28,530 nucleotides of DNA from Macrostomum lignano (taxonomy: Eukaryota). This document shows positions 11,595 to 20,842 of this stretch, piece by piece. The stretch spans positions 27,799-56,328 of the forward strand of contig NIVC01005014.1 of assembly GCA_002269645.1 (NCBI GenBank), given 5' to 3'. Every line of letters starts with the position of its first letter. Positions within the stretch are counted from its first letter, which is position 1. The notes under the pieces are model-generated. The model saw nothing but the letters and a program-made list of their open reading frames with translations, was not told the DNA's origin and did no database searches. Position numbers and translations under genes: made by a program.

Positions 11595-11986
11595 TAGTGT
11601 ATGTCTCCGTCTGTCTGCCTGCTTCTCTCTTGCTGTCCATTCTTTATGCTTGTCCGTGTTTCTCTGTCTGTCTGTCAATCAAGCGGCCGCTCTCACAACG
11701 CAGACACATCGTAGCCTAACCGAGCGCCACTCTTTTCGTTCACAAACGCCTTGCAGGTGTCCTGGCCATCCTGCCGGCCCTGCTGGAGCATTCTCTGTCG
11801 CATTCGGACCCCTCGCCGGCGACGGCCCTCTTCGTCACGCTTCCCAGCCGCCTCCTGACGCCGCTGCGCTGCATGCGGCACCACCTCAGCCAGCTGGTCT
11901 GGTTCCGCTATCTCTACTGCCTGTTCTCCAGCTACCTGTTGATTAATACGTTCGAAATTTATGGTCTCCATGGCAACGTTAACTAA
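9729..11986 (+). CDS. PIGL: GlcNAc-PI de-N-acetylase. Exons 9729-9863, 10751-11264, 11757-11986 (~293 aa). No genomic ATG at the start.
   Basis: Motifs LLVTAHPDDECMFFAP, CLSTGN, TFDSGGVSGHANH and RKY, plus C-terminal MRHHLSQLVWFRYLYCLFSSYLLINTF, all matching the PIG-L family. Exon 1 (missed by the ORF track) encodes a TM anchor, LTLSILLISLTVLIVAVYLIAC. Donors GTGAGG 9864 (phase 0) and GTGAGC 11265 (phase 1); acceptors CAG 10750 and CAG 11756; stop TAA 11984-11986. Confidence 0.9.
9928..10738. repeat. 30-bp minisatellite (CCCTCTCAGATTCTCAAACAGAGTCTGACA) in PIGL intron 1
   Basis: About 27 units, each with an imperfect internal palindrome TCAGATTC...GAGTCTGA. Confidence 0.95.
11272..11677 (+). 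repeat. Degenerate (TCTG)n microsatellite in PIGL intron 2
   Basis: Seen directly. Confidence 0.95.
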
Positions 11987-12393
11987 TATTAGTAGTAGCC
12001 CTAGTAACCATGGCGACAAGGCGACTCGAAAAGCCGCGCACGAAGCGTTCGTCTCGGGTCACGGCGGATGCAGTCTGGTGGAAATCTGGCTGCATCTCAC
12101 CCTGCCCTGTCTGCTGCTGGCGCTGACCGCTCAGCTGCGATGCTGTTGCCATGGCAACAGTCGTCTGTTGCGTCTGATTGGCTGGCTTGAAGCCGGTCTT
12201 CTCTGCTGCTCGGCGGTGCTGCAGCTGACAGTCCTGGCCGATCACGTGACCGAACTGGTCTGCGCCGCTGCCGCCTGCCTGCTGCTGCTGCTGCCCTTCG
12301 CTCAGCGGAACAACTTTGACTTTGTTGTCGAGCCGCCCCAGCCCAGGCCGCTGTTCAAGGAATTCCAGGTGCGTGACAGACAGACAGACACAC

Positions 12394-12436
<43 letters not shown>

Positions 12437-12439
12437 CAA

Positions 12440-12520
<81 letters not shown>

Positions 12521-12755
12521 AAGACAGACAGACACAGACAGGCAGACAGATAGACAGACAGACAGACAGGCAGACAGATAGACAGACAGACAGACAGACA
12601 GACACAGACAGGCAGACACAGACAGGCAGACACAGACAGACAGACAGACAGACAGACACAGACAGGCAGACACAGACAGGCAGACACAGACAGGCAGACA
12701 CAGACAGGCAGAAACAGACAGGCAGACACAGACAGGCAGACACAGACAGGCAGAC

Positions 12756-12810
<55 letters not shown>

Positions 12811-12823
12811 CAGACAGGCAGAC

Positions 12824-12854
<31 letters not shown>

Positions 12855-15800
12855 TAGACAGACAGACAGACAGGCAGACAGATAGACAGACAGACAGACA
12901 GACAGACACAGACAGGCAGACAGATAGACAGACAGACACAGACAGACAGAGGGACAGACAGACAGACAGGCAGACAGATAGACAGACAGACACAGACAGA
13001 CAGACAGACAGACAGATAGACAAGCAAATAGACAGACGGACAGACAGACGCACACTTCGCCCCAAGCACACAGATTCATCAAGAAAAGAGGTTACACGGA
13101 CAGTCCCCGCCCACCCTTCATTCCGCAGGCCCTCCTGCTGCTGCAGACATCCGTCGCCATTCTGGCCGTGGATTTCCCGGCCATGCCCCGCCGCTTGGCC
13201 AAGGCCGAGTCCGCCGGCGTCGGTCTCATGGACGTCGGCGCTCCGGCGTTTGCCTTCGCCAGCGGCTTGCTGGCGCCGGCGCCGACTCCGTTTTCAATGT
13301 CGCGATGGCGCCGATCCCTGGTTGGCGCCTGTCTGCCGCTGGCGCTGCTCGGACTGGCGAGGACTCTGGCTGTGAAGGCTTCGGATTATCAGGTAATATC
13401 CTGGGATCTTTTAAAGGGATTTTTCTATTCGAGGATTTTTGCTTGAGATTTGGATTTCTAATCTTGCGAATATTTTTGGGAATTTCCATCTTAGGGAAAT
13501 TTTGGGGATTTCCCATTTAAGGGATATTTTGGAAGATTTTTTCTTATTGGGGATTTCTCATCCTTAAGATATTTGGGGATTTCTCATCTTGGGGATATTT
13601 TTGGGGATTTTTCATCTGGGGGATCTTATTGGGGAATTCTCATCTTGGGGATATCTACAGGTATATCTATTAGGGATTTTTATGCTAATGATCTTGTTTG
13701 GAATTTTACATACATTCGAGGCGTTTTATTCCGAGGATGTTGTTGTGGATGAAGGCTAACAACCCCGCCTCCAACCAAACAATCCACGACACGCAGGAGC
13801 ACGTCACCGAGTATGGAGTGCACTGGAACTTCTTCATCACCCTGGCCTGTCTCCGAGCGGTCTGGCCTGCGCTGTCCGGCCGGCCGGGGCTCTGGTCGCT
13901 GGTTCTCGCCGCCGGACACTGCCTCCTGGTGCTGCCGTTCGGTGGGGCCGAGTTTCTTTTGGCTAGCGGCGATCGGCACCTGTTGTGGCCGCTGGTGGCC
14001 AACAAGGAGGGCCTGATGTCGCTGCCGCCCTACTGCGCCATCTATTGCGCCGGCGCCGCTATTGGTCGACGATTGCGCGTCGGAACTGAGTCGACTGCTG
14101 CAGGTGCGACGGGTTTCATTGCTAGGCTAGTATCTCTAGCGTGTCTAGAGATTGAGATCTTTCGACATCGTAAGACTGAGATCTTACTCTATGCGCAGCG
14201 TGTCTATAGACCATGCTCTATATAGCGTGTCTAAAGACCCGGATCTATATAGTATATCTATAGATTGGGATCTATATAGTGTATCTATACTCTATAGACT
14301 GGAATCAATATATGGCGTGTCTATAGACTGGGATCTATGTAGTGTATCTATAGACTGGGATCTATGTAGTGTATCTATAGACTGGGATCTATGTAGTGTA
14401 TCTATAGACTGGGATCTATGTAGTGTATCTATAGACTGGGATCTATGTAGTGTATCTATAGACTGGGATCTATGTAGTGTATCTATAGACTGGGATCTAT
14501 GTAGTGTATCTATAGACTGGGATCTATACAACAAAACAACAGAGTACGCTGCCGGGTCGTAAAAAGCAACGTCAGATGGCACGCTTCGAAGCTTGGGCGC
14601 AAACAAAGGCCGCACCGCCGGCAGAGTCCGGGGCGCCGGCGTCAGCCAGCAGACAGTCGACGTAGCGCCGTGTCCTCGCTTGTCCCCGCCGGTAGGGTGC
14701 CTGCAACGTAAGTAGCAGCACCTCCTGCACCGGCTCCGGACAGTAGGCCTCGGCGCGGATGACGTGGCCTGCCAGCTGGAGTCGCCAACGGCGCAGCAGA
14801 TCGCTAGGACGGGCCAGGCCGGCGCGATGGTAGAGCGCCATGTTGGTGACTCGCTCGTTGCCGATCTTGAAGGCGGCGCGCAGCAGGCCAGCGTGCGCCG
14901 CGTCGACTTGAGCCTCGAGCGAGTCTGTCAGCGTCCAGGTCTCGGCGTTGTATAACAGGACGGTTTCGATCACCGCCTGGAACAGCGCCGCCCTCTGGCG
15001 GTCCGGTAGGGCCTCGGACTGCAGGACTGACCTTATAGAACGAAAGGCAGCCCAGGCAAGTCCTCGGCGACGCCGCAGATCCTCGCGAACGTCGGGAACC
15101 AGACCGCCGAGGTAGACGAACTGCTGACATCTTGGAAGCTCACTCGCCTGTCCGTCAGCGCCTCGGCAGAAGATTGCAACCTCGGTGTCGTCCGGCACGC
15201 ATAGCACGACGGTCTTCTGCGTGTTGACCACCAGGCCGACGCTCGCCGCAACGGCAACCAGCCTATCCAGCTGTCGTTGGGCGCCCTCGACGGTCGAGGA
15301 CAGCAGGGCGAGGTCATCGGCGTAGCCAAGCACGCTGAGCCGTGTCTCCGGTTGGCGTCGACCCACGCGTCGCCGCAGCAGGAAGCCGTCGTCGTTGGAA
15401 GGCAGAGCAGTCCGTAGCACCCAGTCAAGCACCAGAATAATAGCGTCTATGTAGTGTATCTATGTAGTGGATCTATGTAGTGTATCTATAGACTGGGATC
15501 TATGTAGTGTATCTATAGACTGGGATCTATCTATATATAGCGCGTGTTTAGACTGGGATCTATTTATATATGGCGTTTTTTATACTCTAGGATCTATATG
15601 ACGTGTTTATAGACTGGGATCTCTATAGCGTTTCTATAGACTATGATCAATGTTGTCTATAAACAATCAATTTTTGTATTAGGATGTCTATATCATACGA
15701 TCTATAGTGATCTATAGCACAAGTTTCTGAAATAAACTAACAGTTAACCGCTACAATAGAATTATTCAATCCTCTCGTCATCCCAGACGCCAACCGCCTG

Positions 15801-16247
15801 ATCTCGTGGCCCCTGCTACTGCTAGCCATCGTGGCCCTGCCATGGGCCCTGACTGTGGCCTCTGTCAAGTTGCCGCCTATCGTAACTGAGCCTTCTCGGC
15901 TTCTGTTCAATGCCGGATTCCTGATCACCTGCCTAGCCGCCTGCTGTCAGGTGCTGTTGATGCTCACCATCGGCCGGCTGCTCTGCCTCGGCTCCATCGA
16001 TCGGTCGTGTTCGCCTGTGCTAGCTCTGATTGGCCGGTGTAGTCTGGCTTATTTCCTATTGGCTAATCTGCTTACGGGAGCCGTTAATCTGACTGTAGAT
16101 ACTGTGGCAATTAGCGACAAATTAGTTGCTATGGGGATTTTGATTGTTTACCTAATCTGTCTGGTTGGCTCGTTACCGTTGCTGTCTATGGTAATTGGGG
16201 CTTGGCAACAGCGTGGCCTTGCTGGGTCGCGCAGCAAGGCGGAGTGA
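11961..16247 (+). CDS. PIGW: GPI inositol acyltransferase (GWT1/PIG-W). Exons 11961-12368, 13129-13392, 13797-14103, 15787-16247 (~479 aa).
   Basis: Motifs HEAFVSG...LVEI, AILAVDFPAMPRRLAKAE..GVGLMDVG, YQ|EHVTEYGVHWNFFITL, NKEGLMSLPPY.AI, PSRLLFN and YFLLANLLTGAVNL. GT-AG introns 12369-13128, 13393-13796 (both phase 0) and 14104-15786 (phase 1) keep the frame. The start codon is uncertain (11961, 11970, or 12010 with an indel). AATAAA at 16893 and 16902. Confidence 0.9.
12375..13055 (+). repeat. Degenerate (CAGA)n microsatellite in PIGW intron 1
   Basis: Seen directly; it is the reverse complement of the 11272-11677 array. Confidence 0.95.
13401..13680. repeat. Degenerate TTGGGGATTTT-type repeat in PIGW intron 2
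   Basis: Recurrent GGGAT(T/A)TTT cores with irregular spacing. Confidence 0.7.
14130..15715. repeat. 27-bp minisatellite (TAGTGTATCTATAGACTGGGATCTATG) in PIGW intron 3, interrupted by the RTE-like fragment
   Basis: Units on both sides of 14529-15441, degenerating outwards. Confidence 0.9.
14529..15441 (-). mobile_element. 5'-truncated non-LTR retrotransposon (RTE-like), C-terminal half of the reverse transcriptase plus a short 3' tail
   Basis: Uninterrupted minus-strand frame IILVLDWVLR...LGYADDLALL...QQFVYLGG...DLRRRRGLAWAAF...VLLYNAETWTLT...LAGHVIR, ending in a stop at 14572. GC-rich island with sharp borders inside an AT-richer minisatellite. Minus-strand 3' end TGTTGTTTTGTTG. No clear TSD. 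Confidence 0.85.
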
Positions 16248-16371
16248 ACACCTCGTAAAATATGATGCACTGTTTTTTACAGTGGAACTCCTTGTTGCTT
16301 TTTTGACTCTTGATAATTCTCTTCTAAAAATTTCCCTAACTATAAAACTATCAGTCCAAGGGGGACCCAAA

Positions 16372-16845
16372 ATCATTTCTAGGATCGGACAAAATTACTT
16401 CTAGGATGAGTCATAATCATTTCTAGGGTGAGACAAAATCATTTCTAGGATGAGTCATAATCATTTCTAGGGTGAGACAAAATCATTTCTAGGATGAGTC
16501 ATAATCATTTCTAGGATGAGACAAAATCATTTCTAGGGTGAGACAAAATCAATTCTAGGGTGAGACAAAATCATTTCTAGGATGAGACATAATCATTTCT
16601 AGGGTGAGACAAAATCATTTCTAGGATGAGTCATAATCATTTCTAGGATGAGACAAAATCATTTCTAGGGTGAGACAAAATCAATTCTAGGGTGAGACAA
16701 AATCATTTCTAGGATGAGACATAATCATTTCTAGGGTGAGACAAAATCATTTCTAGGATGAGACAAAATCATTTCTAGGATGAGACAAAATCATTTCTAG
16801 TGTGAGGCAAAATCATTTCTACGGTGAACTAAAATCATTTTAGAG
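16372..16845. repeat. 22-bp minisatellite (GAGACAAAATCATTTCTAGGrT) downstream of the PIGW stop
   Basis: Tandem units. The rare variant AATCAATT recurs at a 132-bp offset, implying a 6-unit block duplication. Confidence 0.95.
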
Positions 16846-17189
16846 GGTGCCAAATAATCATCTATTCGATCGCTATGATTAACAGGTTAACTAATAAAAA
16901 CAATAAAAGTGCTTTCATACATGCACAATTAGCAGCTTATTTTGTTTTTGTTCCAATAGTTTCTGTTAGTCTTTTTTTGATTTCCACCGGCACAAAATAC
17001 TGTTCTTTTCTATTCGCAAAATCGTAAACCGAAATACACTGATGATAAGTTTTGTCATTTGTCAAGCGTAGCATTAAAAATGCTTGCATTTGTTTTTGCT
17101 GAAGCAGTGAAACAATTTACGACGTATTCTGTTTGAAATTTACTTGGCTTGCTTTGTTTTGGCTAAATATTTCAACAACCAGAAGAAAA

Positions 17190-18030
17190 TCATTCACCAT
17201 TGCACTTTCACATCATTCACCAATGCACTTTCACATCATTCACCATTGCACTTTCACATCATTCACCATTGCACTTTCACATCATTCACCATTGCACTTT
17301 CACATCATTCACCAATGCACTTTCACATCATTCACCATTGCACTTTCACATCATTCACCATTGCACTTTCACATCATTCACCATTGCACTTTCACATCAT
17401 TCACCAATGCACTTTCACATCATTCACCATTGCACTTTCACATCATTCACCAATGCACTTTCACATCATTCACCATTGCACTTTCACATCATTCACCATT
17501 GTACTGTCACATCATTCACCATTGCACTTTCACATCATTCACCATTGCACTTTCACATCATTCACCAATGCACTTTCACATCATTCACCAATGCACTTTC
17601 ACATCATTCACCATTGCACTTTCACATCATTCACCATTGCACTTTCACATCATTCACCAATGCACTTTCACATCATTCACCATTGCACTTTCACATCATT
17701 CACCATTGCACTTTCACATCATTCACCATTGCACTGTCACATCATTCACCATTGCAATGTCACATCATTCACCATTGCACTGTCACATCATTCACCATTG
17801 CACTGTCACATCATTCACCATTGCACTGTCACATCACTCATCATTGCACTGTCACATCATTCACCATTGCACTTTCAAATCATTCACCATTGCAGTCTGT
17901 CACATAATTCACCATCACACTGTCAAATTCACCAATAGATTGCTACACAATTCACCATCACACTGTCACATTCACCAATAGATTGCTACATAATTCACCA
18001 TCACACTATTCACCAAAACAAGTGCAACAT
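17190..18030. repeat. 23-bp minisatellite (CATTGCACTTTCACATCATTCAC)
   Basis: About 35 tandem units; explains the His-rich ORFs in all three frames. Confidence 0.95.
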
Positions 18031-18514
18031 GATTCACCATCAGGCTGTCACACGGTTATCAAGCTGGCTACTGCTCTTGCATGCTTGCCTAAAGACAGCA
18101 GAAATCTGTAAACAAAGGCCCATCTGCTTGCAAAAGCGACAACTTGTGTTTATGACACAAGAGTTAATCAACGTTGCCCGCAATTCCTTCGAGTGCCGAG
18201 CTCTCAATCAGTACTCGCTGTTGCGTAACCCACTCTCAGAGTCTGATTTCCCTCGACGCGCGATTTCCCGGATTATCGGTGAGAAACTCGAAGGAAAGAA
18301 AAAGCGATAAAAAATCATGGAACTCGTTGGATTGAAACCGTGACCGCGAGTGGTTGAAGTCGATTCGAATTCCATGAAACCAAGGCCCTGCAATCCGTTG
18401 AAATTGATGAAAGCCCATTGGGTTTGGGTTGGTGCCGGCCTGCTGGCGACCGCTCCGCCTGCCAATTGCTGATAAGAGCAAGTCAGTTTTCCCCCAGCAA
18501 CTAAGAGAAATGTA

Positions 18515-18632
18515 TATATATATCAGACAGTAGCGGCGCTAGTCGGACTTCACTGCCTTTCACCAAGTTCATCAATTTTCGATTCTGGCACCTTTCTGCG
18601 CATAATTTTTGTTGAACTAACTGTCTACCAAG
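18515..18632 (+). other. Probable non-coding first exon of the Arg-rich repeat gene
   Basis: TATATATATA near 18504-18513, an ATG-free stretch, then a consensus donor AAG|GTGAGT at 18633. The following region contains a minisatellite and ends at the CAG|ATG acceptor at 20842. Confidence 0.45.
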
Positions 18633-18747
18633 GTGAGTTGAACTACTCGTAATATCCTTTAAACTGAACTGCATATTGCACTTTAACCGGCAGGTTCACG
18701 GTGTTCTCCGTAGACTTAGTTCGTCTAGAGCTTTCCTGGAAATACGA

Positions 18748-20235
18748 GCAGATATGGAATCTTGCGATATAGATATGGAATCTTGCGATATAGATATGGA
18801 ATCTTGCGATATAGATATAGAATCTTGCGATATAGATATGGAATCTTGCGATATAGATATGGAATCTTGCGATATAGATATGGAATCTTGCGATATAGAT
18901 ATGGAATCTTGCGATATAGATATAGAATCTTGCGATATAGATATGGAATCTTGCGATATGGATATGGAATCTTGCGATATAGATATGGAATCTTGCAAAT
19001 AGATATGGAATCTTGCGTTATAGATATAGAATCTTGCGATATAGATATGGAATCATGCGATATAGATATGGAATCTTGCGTTATAGATATGGAATCTTGC
19101 AATATAGATATGGAATCTTGCGTTATAGATTTGGAATCTTGCAATATAGATATGGAATCTTGCGATATAGATATGGAATCTTTAATTGCGATATAGATAT
19201 GGAATCTTGCGATATGGATATGGAATCTTGCGATATAGATATGGAATCTTGCTATATATAGAATCCTGCGATATAGATATATAGAATCATGCGATATAGA
19301 TATGGAATCTTGTGATATAGATATGGAATCTTGCGATATAGATTTGGAATCTTGCGATATAGATATGGAATCTTGCGATATAGATATGTAATCTTGCGAT
19401 ATAGATATGGAATCTTGCGATATAGATATGGAATCTTGCGATATAGATATGGAATCTTGCGATATAGATATGGAATCTTGCGATATAGATTAGAATCTTG
19501 CGATATAGATATGGAATCTTGCGATATAGATATAGAATCTTGCGATATAGATATGGAATCTTGCGATATAGATATGGAATCTTGCGATATAGATATGGAA
19601 TCTTGCGTTATAGATATGGAATCTTGCGATATAGATATGGAATCTTGCGATATAGATATGGAATCTTGCGATATAGATATGGAATCTTGCGATATAGATA
19701 TGGAATCTTGCGATATAGATATGGAATCTTGCGATATAGATATGGAATCTTGCGATATAGATATATAATCATGCGATATAGATATGGAATCTTGCGATAT
19801 AGATATGGAATCTTGCGATATAGATATAGAATCTTGCAATATAGATTTGAAATCTTGCGATATAGATATATAATCATGCGATATAGATATGGAATCTTGC
19901 GATATAGATATGGAATCTTGCGATATAGATATAGAATCTTGCGATATAGATTTGAAATCTTGCGATATAGATATGGAATCTTGCGATATAGATTTGAAAT
20001 CTTGCGATATAGATTTGAAATCTTGCGATATAGATTTGAAATCTTGCGATATAGATTTGAAATCTTGCGATATAGATATGGAATCTTGCGATATAGATAT
20101 GGAATCTTGCGATATAGATATGGAATCTTGCGATATAGATATAGAATCTTGCGATATGGATATGGAATCTTTAATTGCGATATAGATATACATATAGAAT
20201 CTTTGAATATTGAAATATATCGAATCTTGCGAATG
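18748..20235. repeat. 21-bp minisatellite (GATATAGATATGGAATCTTGC)
   Basis: About 70 units, within the putative first intron of the Arg-rich gene. Confidence 0.95.
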
Positions 20236-20842
20236 ACTGCGGGCTAGGAGAGGAAAGAAGAGAAAAGGGAGAAGGGAGAGAGGAGATAGAGAGAAGAGAG
20301 GGGAGGAGAGTAGAAGAAAGAAGAGAGCTGAGAAGAGACCATCAGACTTGAGCGAAAAAACCTTCACGCGCGGGAGTTTGCCAACCCTTGCCTAAAATTG
20401 ACCCGGAGCCAGCAAGTATAGGCAAGCGGAGACACTGGTACAAAACGCATGCGGGTACTTTCTCATCGCCAGGCAAGTATTGTATACAAACTTCAGACCA
20501 GTTGTCGTCCAAGAGGCCTAGTGAAAATACTATATATGCCTATCAAGCCTAAGGTGCCCACTAAAGCTGGATCCTCTGATCCAGCAACCTTCCTGCAAAA
20601 CTACCTTTTTCCTATGTACTAAAAATGAGTTGTTTGTTTGTACGAAATCGATTTTCTCCTGAATGGCTTGACCGATTTTGTTCGAATTTGCACTGTTCGA
20701 TCAGAAATTTTCCCGGGACGGTACATGTATCTTGGCTAAGAAATTGATAAATGCTAAAGGGATTAAATATTCGAAAAACATGCTTTTTTGCAATACTAAT
20801 CTAAAAGCTGTCAAATTTTCTCAAACTTTTCTCCACTTCCAG

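Noticed and set aside
11264-11961. PIGL-PIGW fusion protein by splicing 11264 to the AG at 11931
   Set aside because: This join does enter the PIGW frame but meets TGA at 11940-11942 in a non-readthrough context (TGA TTA) and would delete PIGL's conserved C-terminus. Skipping 11264->13129 is out of phase.
18029-18481. Moderately GC-rich segment with overlapping short ORFs on both strands
   Set aside because: No family motif or consistent splice sites; more likely upstream regulatory sequence or decayed repeat.
20678-20842. 55-aa N-terminal extension of the 1243-aa ORF
   Set aside because: It starts at TTG in AT-rich intron-like sequence and includes the pyrimidine tract and AG. The signal peptide begins at ATG 20843.
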